Positions 1-12,089 of a stretch of DNA of 64,000 nucleotides are shown piece after piece. The translations under genes and the position numbers were made by a program. The stretch is from contig JAKIMF020000001.1 of NCBI GenBank assembly GCA_022605425.2, positions 2,480,001-2,544,000 of the forward strand. Reading direction: 5' to 3'. Every line of letters begins with the position of its first letter. Positions within the stretch are counted from its first letter, which is position 1. This stretch comes from Hamiltosporidium tvaerminnensis FI-OER-3-3. Its lineage: Eukaryota > Fungi > Microsporidia. The notes under the pieces are model-generated. The model saw only the letters and a list, made by a program, of their open reading frames with translations. It did no database searches and had not been told where the DNA came from.

Positions 1-154
1 TAAATTTAAAACAGAATATTTCGAAATAAAATTATAGAAAAACACAATAGAATATGACTATAAATTCACAAAAAACTAATAACGAGATATTCAAGAATGT
101 CAATTCCAATTAAATATTTAAAAAAAATGTACAATAAACATTTTATACACAATT

Positions 155-1468
155 TTAGAAATTAATTTCAAGATTAAAGAACAACATATCAAGAAAATCT
201 TTTATACTTAATACTTCTTGAGCATAGAACGAAGGGCTAAATTCAACGGGTGATGATGTTTGGAAAACATTATACTTTTTAATTTGGGATATTTTAAAAT
301 TATTAGAATTTGCTTCGTATTCCAAATCAATAATATCAAAATATGTTTCACGAAGTATACAAATGTAAGTTGAAGCAGCTGGAATAAATTTCTTTACTAT
401 ACAACTTAAAAAATTGCTATTTAATTCAAAAATAGATTTAGAATGTTTAAATACTATTCTGAATTTTCTGGATTGTGCCGAAAATTTTTCATATTTATTA
501 AAATAGCTATATTCAATTTTAATGTTTTTTAAGATAAATGAAACCCGGCTTCGCATATAGAAACAATAAATTGGCTTAAGTATTTGCAGTTCATGTCTCA
601 AATTTATACTATGAATTTTTAAATTTAATTTGTATGATTTTTTAGATATTTTGTTATTGTATGTTTCATATTTTTCGTTATAAACTATATAGTATGAATA
701 ACTGCCCGAATAAATACACATGGTCTCTCCGAACAAATTATTAAATTTATCAATCATTAAATTCTTATTTATAGTATTTTCCTCAAAAATTTCTATTTCT
801 GAATGCATTCTAACACAGAAACCATTATGAAATAAATCATAATGCGGATTAAGCTGAAATATTTGAAATCTTCTTGGTATATTTGTATGCTTTCCGTGGC
901 TTACATCTCCTATTCTTATGTATGAATCTCTAGTGTTGTCTCTTGCTCGTGAAAAACATGCTAATGCTTTATACATTCGGAAAAAACAAACTAGGAAATA
1001 CTCGAAAGATTTATCTATTTTACAAAGATAGTTTGGACTCATAATAAAACCGTTAAAAGAATATCTTGATTTTTCTATATTAGAATATCGCGATATGTAT
1101 AGAAACTTATTTGTTAATTTATTGAAACGAAAGACTTTAAGAGCTACTTTATTCTTTCCGTATGTGGAAATACAGGGTCTATATATTATTACATCAAATT
1201 CTTTGGCGACACTCTTTTTTACATAACTTGCAATAGAAATCGCTGCATATGAATAAAATTCCGAATAAAACATTAATATTGCATAATCAAAATACTTTTG
1301 AAGCTTTTCAACATTCTTAGTTTTCTTTTGGTATAAATCTGAACACTTTTTATTCACAAAATTCCTGAACTCGATAATATCATAACTTTCTAATGATAAT
1401 TTTAAATGTATAAATAAAATAATTGAAACAAAAATGAGCCTGATTCTTTGGTGCTTAAGACAATACAT
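155..1468 (-). CDS. Lineage-specific putative secreted protein, ~437-aa family (paralogue 1)
   Basis: 437-aa ORF with a hydrophobic N-terminus (LIFVSIILFIHL). Colinear with 6625..7932 and 57455..58771 (KCxxLY, FNxLF, CxxSGSY, KFRIVF, FExN, IKDFLxxLFF). No domain recognised. Confidence 0.8.
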   Translation of the reverse strand: MYCLKHQRIRLIFVSIILFIHLKLSLESYDIIEFRNFVNKKCSDLYQKKTKNVEKLQKYFDYAILMFYSEFYSYAAISIASYVKKSVAKEFDVIIYRPCISTYGKNKVALKVFRFNKLTNKFLYISRYSNIEKSRYSFNGFIMSPNYLCKIDKSFEYFLVCFFRMYKALACFSRARDNTRDSYIRIGDVSHGKHTNIPRRFQIFQLNPHYDLFHNGFCVRMHSEIEIFEENTINKNLMIDKFNNLFGETMCIYSGSYSYYIVYNEKYETYNNKISKKSYKLNLKIHSINLRHELQILKPIYCFYMRSRVSFILKNIKIEYSYFNKYEKFSAQSRKFRIVFKHSKSIFELNSNFLSCIVKKFIPAASTYICILRETYFDIIDLEYEANSNNFKISQIKKYNVFQTSSPVEFSPSFYAQEVLSIKDFLDMLFFNLEINF

Positions 1469-2426
1469 AACCTAATCTGCTCTTGAATAGTTTTTATGTT
1501 TAAAATTTATTTATAATCTTTTTATAAAAATACAATTTAATCGAATTAATTATTCTTATATACAAATAAATCGAAAATATGTTTTAATCGGTTAATTAAT
1601 ACCGATAAGAAACTATTTTTATCAAACATGTGTGTCTAAAATATATTATATGCTGTTATTATTTTTCTATAAATCTTCTTGCCTTTTATTATTGTAAAGA
1701 AATATATCTGCTTTGAAATGATTAGATGAATTTAATACGAATTTATTTTTTTGAATTTTTAGTGAAATGAATACCACAAATCATTTTCCATTGTTTTATT
1801 TGAATTTGTACAATTAGCATCTGGTTTATTTAAATTGCACTTTTTATACAAAGAGTTTATAGCTTTTTATGTAGCAAGATAAGAAATCTGAAAATGTTGC
1901 GCATATAATCACCTTAAAATAACTTTTGAACCTTCCATTGTGACTAGATTCGACCCATGAGTTCTATTCAGAGGAAATGGAAAATAACACCCTTTAAAGC
2001 CAAAAAAGTTGGGTAGAAGGTAGTATCTGCAACTATGGCATTGCCATGTTTAGAAAAATCTTATATAAGTCGCGATATATGTCTTAAAAAAATTATATTG
2101 AATTCGAATGCTTAAAGAAGTGAAAATGCGACTGTCTTGGGGCCATAAGGCTGTTTATAACTGCATTAAATCTCGAGGCAATGAGCAATGACAAACTGGG
2201 CTACCGCCCTGATTATTTAATAGGTTTAAGTGATTTTTAGATTAAAATTCCATGATCTATGTATGATAAGGGTACAGATGAAATGTTGAAAATATCAGTA
2301 ATCCATCTCAATTCTATAACATCGAACATGGCATGAAAACAGTATAACACATGTCAATCACATAGGCAAATGTATTATTTTGTAATTAAAAATTAAAAAA
2401 TTATTTTCTTTTATCAAGCTCTAAAT

Positions 2427-2661
2427 CTTCTCCGACCATGCCGGGAGCAGAATTGATTTGAGGTATTCTCTACTTGTCGTAAGATGCGACTAAAATGGAC
2501 TGGTCTTCCTAGTAAAGATTGGGGTAGGGCTAACGACTATTCTTTTAAACAACCTTGTTATAAGACCCGAAAAAGTAAACGAACCCACATAAAAAGACTG
2601 ATATGCAGTATTACATAGAGTGACTAAGATTCGTGCAAGGTTATAGTGCCGATGATGATGA
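2427..2661 (+). mobile_element. ~230-bp RTE-related SINE-like element, copy A
   Basis: Aligns end to end with 24681-24908, 34661-34878 (rc) and 47559-47786. Ends TATAGTGCC(GAT)3. Confidence 0.8.
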
Positions 2662-5600
2662 AAATTTTAATTTATATCTTCACTGTTTGAAAACGATTTT
2701 TTCTCTAAATTTAAATTGGATTACTATTTTAAGTTCTGTCATCGATTTCGAATCAAATTCTCTTATCTCTAGCCAGATAACACTTCTTTTCTGTTGGTCG
2801 TCTATATAAAATGGTTGGAAATTGTTCAATTACCGCTTCCTTAATGATTCTTTCTCATCCTTCATAATTATTCAGCTATTACAAATAATAATCGTTCTTT
2901 GCTTGCTGTGAGAATCAGAAGCTTTTATCTTTACTAGTATTTAAGGCTTCTTATGGTAAAATATATTGCTAGGTTACAATGCTACCCTAAAATTATTCCT
3001 ACAGTTATTATTCTCATATCTTTCTATTGAGAATCTTATGATATAAACAACGAGGTGATTGTTTGCTTTTAATATTCAGAACAGAAGGCAAATCCTGAAA
3101 GAAACCGAATTAGATCATTGTATTTGTAACTTTTATACTTAAAGTATGTTAATCGCAAATTAATGTGGAAATAAATCGGCTGGCATTTCGCTTTTAAATT
3201 CTATATCTGCATATGCGTTATAAGAATTCCTGCAACACTTTTTTAGCTTGTTTCTTTTCCTACGGATGGAACACAATCCACACATGTCTTAAAGCTCCGG
3301 CAGGTTAGAAGAATTCCGTAAACATTTTCTTTTAATTGGTTAGGTTGTCAGTACAACGTAAATTCAACATTATTCCTCGAATTCGAGTTATAAACTTGAA
3401 TTTTTATTTATTTAACATGAGTTAATAAAACTAAGTTATATAATTTTAATGCCTATTTTATCTCTTTCGGTGATTTTTTTGTTTCTGGTTTTCTATTCAA
3501 CATTTGCAAAGATTTTTTTTGTGTTGATGAATTATTATTGAATATCAGTGTATCCTTTTTTCATTTATTTAGCTTCTAACCTGACCTATGCGTTTAATCT
3601 TATTTTAAAGGGTCACTTCTAAAATTCAAAATTGTATTTGGCTCAGCATCCTAGCTTTCTATAACTTATAACGCAATTTTCTATTGTTTTTCGATTTATA
3701 AATTAATTATGAGAATCTTCGAGCTTTCCTTGTGTGAACTTTAATTTTGAGCTGTCTTTTGCTTGAAAGAGGCATTTTTTATAAAAATAATTGGTGCATG
3801 TTTTTTTAAAGCATTGAGATATTTCTTTTATTGTTAAGTGTTTTATATTTTTGTTAAAAATTAAAACTGATAACCATGTTTTAGGCTTGCAACTAAGTTT
3901 AAATATATTCTCCTCGAAAAAGATACCATTATATAGTGTCTATTTTTATCTTTAGCCCAATTGCGCCTTAGTTGTAGTACACAATAGTACTTTTGTATAA
4001 TTCGAACCCACTGTGGCAGAAAACATCAGAGGAAGCGCTACCATCTAGAGATTTATTAAACCGATTTGTTGTTATTGGTGTAATCATTTATTTCTAGGGT
4101 TAGTTTAAAGCGATAAGGCTGTTTGACTAGTAAAACCAGTTTTTTAAAGAATTTTAAATGGCCCAATGTGTTTATAGCTTATAAAGTTTTAAAACTTGAA
4201 ATTGGAGAATGTAAAATGGTTCTGACTAAATTTTAATCTTTTTAATACAATGTTTTACATAATAAACTAGATTGATTTATACATCCGTTTTTTCTTGTTT
4301 ATTTATGATAAGCGCTCGCGTGAATGATATATTGACCAAAATATCTACTTTATTCAAAATCTTTATATCCCTCGCTGTTTAATTACTTTATCCTTTGTTA
4401 ATTGAAGGCTTTGAAATCATTCTGCTTCTTAATTTACGATAATATATCTCATAAAATACTTTTAAAAGGAAGGAAAGACTTTAAATCTCTCGTAATTTCT
4501 TTTGACAGGTAAAAAGAGATGACCACATTAAAATTGTATGTTTAGCAACGAGTGTCTAGAATTAATATGAAAATCATGGTCATTCCTGTGGCGGAATATA
4601 AACCACATTAGATCTATAGGCAAATCCCCGACAATCTCGAATTACAACAAATTTAAAGAAATAGATAGAAAACTTTCTTTTTCGAATTTTCGACACCGAA
4701 AGGTAAAAAAGAAATGGAATAAGTATGTAATTAACTAACCTAATTAAATAGAAGCACGAAAGAAAGAATTTAGAGAATTTCATAACATTATAGGATTTCT
4801 TTCCAGAGATCAAAGCTTTCAAATTTTAGAAATTTTATATTACTGAGAACTGAAAACTTAAAAAAAAAAATTAGCTTCGAAAGTTATAGTATCGCTTGAA
4901 TATTCAAAAATATTTAGCCAGAATGATTTTTGGATCTATATAGAAACCGAGTATAAGATCATATATGCAATATAGAGGATAGTGACCACAAAAAAGGCAA
5001 TATTTACAAACCAGGTGCAGAGTCTAAACAAGGACTAACTCACATATACCTTTAAATCATGAAAATAACATTCAATTTTAAGTCAGGCGAACAGAGAAAA
5101 GACTTGACAAGAATGCATTGGTTTGTGATATTTTGAATGTATTTTAATGTACACTATATAGTGTAGTTGATGTATCATGTAGCCTTAACTGATGATACCA
5201 ATATAAAGATTTTTATGGAATCTTGTTAATAGTAATTCTTATGTGGTAAAATTAATAACCTTAATTGTTTTACAAAATCTCTTGAATTAATAATAAAAAT
5301 TCGTCTAGGATTTAATTAGGGTCATGATGCAGTAGATAAAAAGTGTTAGGGAAGAGCCAAGCTGGTTTCGACAAAAATAAGTCAAAAATCAAAAAAAAAT
5401 TTATACATTAAGGTTCTCAACGGTTAATGTCACGATTAGTTTAACTCGTACACAAGTATTTCTTTTGTTTAGTCCGAAGATATTTTGGTTTAAATACAAA
5501 ATATTTTTTCATGAAATGTTCGAGAAGAAATGTCACAGCATAATTCACACATGAAAATATAGCATTCTAAAAGGCAAAAATCAAAGAATGAATCCGAGTC

Positions 5601-6624
5601 AAAAGTAATAAAATATAATATAATCCGGGGCAAAAAATGCACTGTTGTATTGTTCTTAATATTACATTAGAAACTACTGGAAAGATAGAACCTAACCAAA
5701 AGAAAACTTATATATGTAATAAAGTTATAATGTTTTTAAGATGATATCGAGATCGCAGGATAAAAAATAAATACATCCAAGAAAAATATAAATTTGAAGT
5801 ATAAATAATAGGATTAGTGAATACTCTTATTTATAAGATAAAAATGGGGCTTGTTTTGATTAGAAAAAGCAGTAAATTATCACGTTTGTCTGGGTTCAAA
5901 AAACTTTTTAACTAAACGTTTTCTCTAAAAAATATTTAGGAGCTTTTTTGAATCAAAGAATGTAAAAGTAGTGAAATAAAAGTAAAACCTAAAGCGTAGT
6001 TTGATTTGAAAACTTTTTTAATCTTTGCTGTTATATTACTACACACAAAACAAACATTTATCCTGTCATTGAGCTTCTTTGAATAAATATAATTTCTATG
6101 GGCTGTTCGAAGCCTTGATTCCTTTATTGAAATAGAATGACTTACGATAGAATATATTTCGGAGAGAAATAAAGAAAAGGGCTTATTTAAGGTACATAAA
6201 ATTCGAGATTTGAATGAATTGAATATTCTGTAACATAAATAAACGTAAAGCTTTAAGACGAAGGCTATTTTAAACCATTTCCGGAGATACATGAAAAATA
6301 TTTTAATCACGAGAAAGTTTGATTTCTATTTTAGACCCCGAAACGAGATGGTTAGATGATACAAAAAATGAATACTCTGTTCTTGTGATTAAGGAATAAA
6401 AAATGTGATATTTACTATAATAGATAGAATATAAAGCTAAATAGGCTTATATTTCAAAAGTTTGTATCATTAAAATTTGAAGAAAAAAATAGCTTCTATA
6501 TATTAAGGTAGAGTCACACAAACGTACAAAAATTTTAAAACTAATTTACTTTTAATTTAAATACTTTCAGAATTCCATCATATGCTCATATTGAGAACCT
6601 GAAAATTACCATAAAAATAACATG

Positions 6625-7932
6625 CTAGAAACCCAATACTTGATTAAAAAACAACTCCTCCAGAAAATCTTTTATAGATGAAACTCTTTGAGTCGAACAC
6701 TGGGTTTCTTCGAGGGAAATTTTACCTAAAATATTATATTTTCTTGTTCCTGAAATTCTGAATTTATTGGAATCGACAGCCTCGCGTTCGCATTCCACAA
6801 TATTGAAATCATAACACCAGAGCGCTATAATATAAATTGATGTATCGGGCCTATATGTTTTTACAATACAATCTACAAAACAATTACTATTAAATTCGAA
6901 CCCTGCAGAATTATACCTAAAAACAACTCTAAATTTTTTTGGTTTACCAGTTGTTATTTCATCTTCATTGTAATATTCGTATTCAATTAAGCTTTCTTTT
7001 AATGTATGCTTAACGTTTTTTAACAAATACAAATCCATTAATGGTTTGAAACCTGTTAATTCGTGGCGAATCAATATAGTATTCCTTCTCACATTCGATT
7101 TCCACGATATGTTTGTTTTACCACTATTTTTTGTTTCTACTCTTTTATTTTCAATATAATAATATGAATAACTGCCAGAAAAGACACACTTTGATGCTCC
7201 AAATAAGCTATTGAAATTTTGAACCATTTTATCTTTGCTTATATTGAGCTTTTCAGAAATATAAATTTCTGCGAATAATTTTACGTAAAAAATTCTATGT
7301 TGTAAACTATAGAAAGTATTCACTTGAAACATTTCGAATTTTTTAGGTATTTTCGTTCTTTTCGAATTAGTGATATCTTGAATTTTAATATAAGAGCTAC
7401 GTATATTGTCCCTTGTTCTAGCCAAATATCCAAATATCTTGTACATATGAAAGAAAATTGCCATAAAATAAGTCAAGGTTTTATCATGTTTTAACAGAAT
7501 ATAGGAAAACGTTCCCAACCCAGTGGCATAGTGTGTAGATTCTTCGAGCTGATAGTATCGAGATACATACAAAAACTTATCGTTTAACTTATTTAATCGA
7601 AAAACTTTGTAACTTATCTTTTTACTTCCTTCATAATTAGAAGGATTGGGTCTGTAGAAGACTACATCAAATACTTTACTGATACTATTATTTATATAAT
7701 TAGCAATCGAAACTGCCGCATATGTATATAATCGCGCATAGAACATGAATATTCCACAATCTATTGTATTTGGAAGTTGTTGAAGGTTTTTGGTTTCTTT
7801 TGTGTACAAATCAGAGCACTTTCTCGCAAAATAGTCTTTATGCTCAGTGAGATCAAAAGACTCCTTCGACAAATTAATGAATAAACCTAAAATAATTATA
7901 AGCTTGTTCGCTCCATTCCAAAGTAGATACAT
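6625..7932 (-). CDS. Lineage-specific putative secreted protein, ~437-aa family (paralogue 2)
   Basis: 435-aa ORF with hydrophobic LIIILGLFINL near the N-terminus. Clearly homologous to 155..1468 (KCSDLY, YAAxSIA, KVFRxNKL, RxRDNxRxSYI, SGSYSYY, RHEL). AGGGCC lies immediately before the ATG. Confidence 0.82.
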   Translation of the reverse strand: MYLLWNGANKLIIILGLFINLSKESFDLTEHKDYFARKCSDLYTKETKNLQQLPNTIDCGIFMFYARLYTYAAVSIANYINNSISKVFDVVFYRPNPSNYEGSKKISYKVFRLNKLNDKFLYVSRYYQLEESTHYATGLGTFSYILLKHDKTLTYFMAIFFHMYKIFGYLARTRDNIRSSYIKIQDITNSKRTKIPKKFEMFQVNTFYSLQHRIFYVKLFAEIYISEKLNISKDKMVQNFNSLFGASKCVFSGSYSYYYIENKRVETKNSGKTNISWKSNVRRNTILIRHELTGFKPLMDLYLLKNVKHTLKESLIEYEYYNEDEITTGKPKKFRVVFRYNSAGFEFNSNCFVDCIVKTYRPDTSIYIIALWCYDFNIVECEREAVDSNKFRISGTRKYNILGKISLEETQCSTQRVSSIKDFLEELFFNQVLGF

Positions 7933-8173
7933 GGCCCTATTTGCTTTTTGAATATAAATACACCAGAAAATATAATTTTATCTTTTAATTAAATTAATGA
8001 AATATTTTTACTGATTTTATTTTATTTATCTCTTGCATTAGATTAAAAAGAATATACGATTTAAGGAATTTTATCGATTAAATAAAATAAAATCAGTAAA
8101 ATTATTTTATTAATTAAATTAAAAGATTCGCTTTATATTGCCAAATTAATATTTATTTTTTTACGGAATCTAC

Positions 8174-11100
8174 TTTATTTAATAAAATTCTGGGTTAAAA
8201 TATTTTTAACATTTTTATATGTTTTCTTCTACCTCTTTAACCACTATTGTCTCTTCTTCCAAATCCGATTCTTCATTTATGTAATTGGTCGGTTCCTCTA
8301 AAGTGGTTCCTCCTTGTGAAATAAGGGGTGCTTTATATTTTGGTTTTAAAATTTTAACACCATCTTCCTCTCTTTTCGCTTCTTTTAAAGGGGGTATTGG
8401 TTCCTCATGCATCTCTGATCTCATAATAACACCCATTGACGCTCTCTCCCAGCTCTCTTCGGCATTTAGTCCTGACTCAAGTCCTCTTCGTCGATCAAAG
8501 GAAATTGTTTCGACTGTCTTCTTAAGTACTATAGACTGAATGTATGCCTCTACATTCATGGGTATTTCTAGTCTTTTAAGATGAGATTTATGGTATTTTG
8601 TCACAATACCGTCCCAGGTCATCACATAAGGGATTATCTCAACACTACACTTATAAATAAGGCCCAACTCATTGGCTAGCAGGTCATACTTCCTAAGTTT
8701 TTCAGTTTCAACTATTTGAAGTGAATCTTGGGAAGTGATTCCTACTTCAATGAGTGTTATCTTATTCTTCTTCTTATCTAAAATAAATATGTCCGGTCTG
8801 TTATTCCGAATTTTAACATCAGTTTTAATTCTGGTGTCCACTCTTATCTCTGCATACTCATTATCAAGAATTTCTTGAACTGAGTGACACCTAATTCGTT
8901 TTGAAGACTTAAACTTATATCTATTTAGGAGATGTAAGTGCTGGCATCTAACCACTTCATTATGCCGTCTGGTGTGGTCATGGCCTAGCATTTTTTCACA
9001 TCTAGTTGCTAGATGATCTACAGTCTTACCAGACTTCCCGCAATGTTGACACACACCATCTGCTCCCCAGAATACATTTCTATCCTGGATATAGCAGAAC
9101 ACAGCTTCATTGCGTGGCCTAATATTCCTTCTCTTTAACCATCTTTAAGAGTCCCTAACACTTACAAGCTCATTTTTCCTTGCATTATATAACTTTGAAT
9201 GTAGTTTTCGTTTTTCTATTTCGTTATATAGTTTTGCAAGTTGAGCTTCTTCTAAACTTTTCTTATTGACTTCTTCTATCAACCTGTACTTTACTTTTAA
9301 AAAGCCTTTTATTAGTGCAAGATGGGATTTATTATTATTCTCCACCTTGAGGATCGCTGCTCGTCTAGTTGATATTTCTTTACTTTTTTCCAGACAATCC
9401 AAGAGTTGCAGAAGCATATGTTCGCTTCGCAACTCAACACTATGTAGGCCTCTTCCAAGTTCTGTTCTAGGAAGATACAAACGCTCTTTACATCCTTGGC
9501 GGAGATGTATCTTATTCTTCACCAACACCGCACGCACTGCATCATCTAACTTAGAGAAGTCAGCCGGTTCAAGTCGAAGTACTCCTATGTGGTAGTTGAT
9601 TAACGATATCGCATGTTGATTGATTGCAGAAAATAAATTTTTTGCATTTAATCTAGTGTGACAAAGTCTTTCAACTCTTGATATAAGTTTGCTCTGTACT
9701 TCTTCAAATGAGCTACGTGTTGGGATTCCTCTGCTATCTTCTATTATTCCTAAATATTTGTAAACACTAACACCTTCTAGAAGAGTTGCAGTATCTTCAC
9801 AACACGTATCATTTGTGGCTGACTTCTCTTTGTTAATCTCTAAGCCAATCACCTCTAAAAATCCCTTTGCCTCGCCTGTCATAGCACTCAATGTGGAGCT
9901 GTCTTTTGCAAGGAGCTTAAGATCATCAATAAACAAGAGATGATCAGTAGAATGGGATTCTGCATCTGTTTGTACTGTCACTTTTGTGTATTTCTCATTA
10001 AGCTTTCGGCTCAATGGATCCACACACAGCACAAACAACAATGGTGACAAACTATCTCTTTGTAGAATCCCTCTATCAATCTTCTGCTCATGATTTTTTC
10101 AGGCCCTACTGATATATCAAATTTCCATTTTGATATAATTACCTTAATAAATTTCAGGATCCAATCAGGTAAATTAAGATTTTCAATGCATTGAGTTAAA
10201 TAGGCATGATCTATTGAATCATAAGCTTTTTTAACATCAATCCATGTTGCCTTAAGATTGTTTCCGTACTCTTTATTTAAATAAATGTTCTGTAGAGCCT
10301 GCTCTTTCGATCCCTGCACACCTCTTATTGCCCCTAATTGGTTCTCTGCAAGCAACCCTCGCCTTCCCACTTCAATTTGAACGACTTTCGTTACACATTT
10401 TGTCGTTAACTTATAGAGGTTCGACATACAAGTGATTGGCCTGTAGTCAGAGCCTCTTCGTGGAATTCCTTTCGGTATCAAATACGTAAGCCCGAAGTAA
10501 AACCAATCAGCTTGAGTTGTTCCTTCTAAACATATAACTTTCACAATATCATAAATATATTTGTGAAGAGTTGTAAGTTTCTCCATGAAAAAATTGTAAA
10601 TACCATCAATTCCAGCAGCTTTCCAATTAGGGAGCCAATTAATGATATTTACAAAACCATCAAGTGAAAGAAACGTGGTCGGATGATTATCTGATACAAA
10701 TGGAATCAAATAATCATCATACTTTACTGTGTCATCATTTTTGTTCTACATTATAGACCAAAAACTCACAATTTTATCACGGCTAACCACATGCTCGGAT
10801 TCTACACGCTCAGATAACCCACGATAAAATCGACCTCGGAAAAACTCAAACATACGATTCTCTTTTCGAAATTGCTTCCTACCAACATACATCGTAATTT
10901 TTTTCTCGTAAACATTTAAAGACTCATTCTTCTTAACTAAAGCCTCAGAAAGATCAGTTACGCTGCTCAAGTTTAAATTAAACTCTCGCATGATTTTCTT
11001 AAGGCTCTTCGTTTCCGAAGTTGAGAGCTTTTCCTGCTTACGAGCCTTCTCGAGAAGATCTTTGGAAAGTACTAACTTAGAAATTTTACTTTCTATGTTT

Positions 11101-11975
11101 TCCTTCCAAGCGGATCTAGGCTTTTCTTTACGTGTAGCCTCGTCATGGCATACCTGGGCTGCCTGGATTATCCGTGCCTTTGCAGTTATCGTCATCGGTA
11201 CATAAGAATCAGCATACTCACCGATAATTCGATTAATAAGGTCCAAAAATTTACTTTCAATTAATTTATTTGGAAGCTTTCGAGTTCGGACCACCACTTT
11301 TCCAATTTCCTTCTACGAGATTTCTTTGATTTTACTCAAAAATTTATCTCTCAGGTTTATGTACTCCGTGGTGTCAGTCAAGGTGCATGGCTCAGTGAGA
11401 CAAGTGGCGATGCTACGTCGCTCTCCATTCTCTTCTTGCCTCATTTCTCTTTCTGCCTCATTTTGTGCGAGTTTTTTAAACGCATCGATATCTAATGTGC
11501 AGCTGAATTTCTCATTATAGTACCTCAGAGTAGCGGGCCAGCCATTTCTGGGCATTCTCTCAAACCTCTTTTGCACTGCTAGAATAGCATATCTAGGCCA
11601 TTCCTGCTCTACGACTGTGACAGAGTCAAGTATTGAGTGCAATACCATCAGTCGATTCCCTTCTAGAATGGCATCTGTATTGAGGTTTGTCATGCCGTTG
11701 GCTGGTCCAAACGCAGTGGCATCGGTACCAGAAGACGCGGGTATGGTGTCAACCAAGCAGACTAGACTAGTCTGGCAACTACTGCTTGGTGGTTGGTGGG
11801 TGGTGTTATGGAAGGTCGGTGTAGGTGGAAGTCTCTCGGATAACATTGCTACATCTACATCACACATCAAAATCTCTCCTGCGCTGTTCTCCAAGTTGTT
11901 TACAGCCTTTATTTTTTCATTTTATATATTTTCGCTGTCTACTTTTTTCCTTCTACCCAATGAAAATCTATATAG
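8174..11975 (-). mobile_element. Near full-length R4/Dong-type non-LTR retrotransposon (single ORF: RT, CCHC zinc finger, restriction-like endonuclease), inactivated
   Basis: RT motifs AAGIDG, DYRPIT, IDVKKAYDSIDH, QRDSLSPLLF and HLLFIDD. Zinc finger CQHC...HLATRC, RHN motif and RLE RPD...LIEV. Flanked by an imperfect TSD: TACGGAATCTAC (8162-8173) and TACGGAATTTAC (11976-11987). 3' end AACCCAGAATTTTATTAAATAAA. Confidence 0.92.
8215..11894 (-). pseudogene. Disrupted RT-RLE polyprotein ORF of the R4/Dong-type element (~1220 codons)
   Basis: Five ORF-track segments join into one reading: in-frame TAG at 11313-11315, in-frame TAG at 10746-10748, a 1-nt frameshift near 10085 (KIDRGILQRDSLSP restored in the other frame) and an in-frame TAA at 9145-9147. 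Confidence 0.88.
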
Positions 11976-12089
11976 TACGGAATTTACAAAATTTAATGAA
12001 ATTTATGATCTGTAGCGTAAATATCTTTGGTTAATGGAATATAAAGAGGAAGATTAAGCTAGATAGGATATGTAATACGAATCTGTGCC

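Noticed and set aside
3995-4050. tRNA-like A/B boxes on the minus strand (TAGATGGTAGCGC...GGGTTCGAAT)
   Set aside because: No cloverleaf can be folded. At most a decayed tRNA-derived relic.
1900-5400. Possible LTR-retrotransposon or integrase debris around SINE copy A, including ORF 4580..4822
   Set aside because: Composition suggests decayed coding DNA, but no motif can be read with confidence.
5936-6310. Short ORFs 5936..6310, 35574..35774, 35857..36087, 41097..41282, 41449..41664, 53036..53230
   Set aside because: Mostly non-ATG starts, F/I/L/K-biased composition typical of AT-rich noise, and no homology cues.
9145-11315. Programmed stop read-through or recoding in the R4/Dong ORF
   Set aside because: Stops are of mixed type (TAG, TAG, TAA), single-base changes from expected codons, and come with a frameshift and a QGD-to-QRD change. 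Host genes use TAA/TAG as normal stops. This is ordinary decay.
8285-12034. Plus-strand ORFs antisense to the retrotransposon (and similar shadows at 14363-15177, 33251, 36934, 40426, 51060, 60839, 63001)
   Set aside because: Antisense shadows of real coding frames with no motifs of their own.
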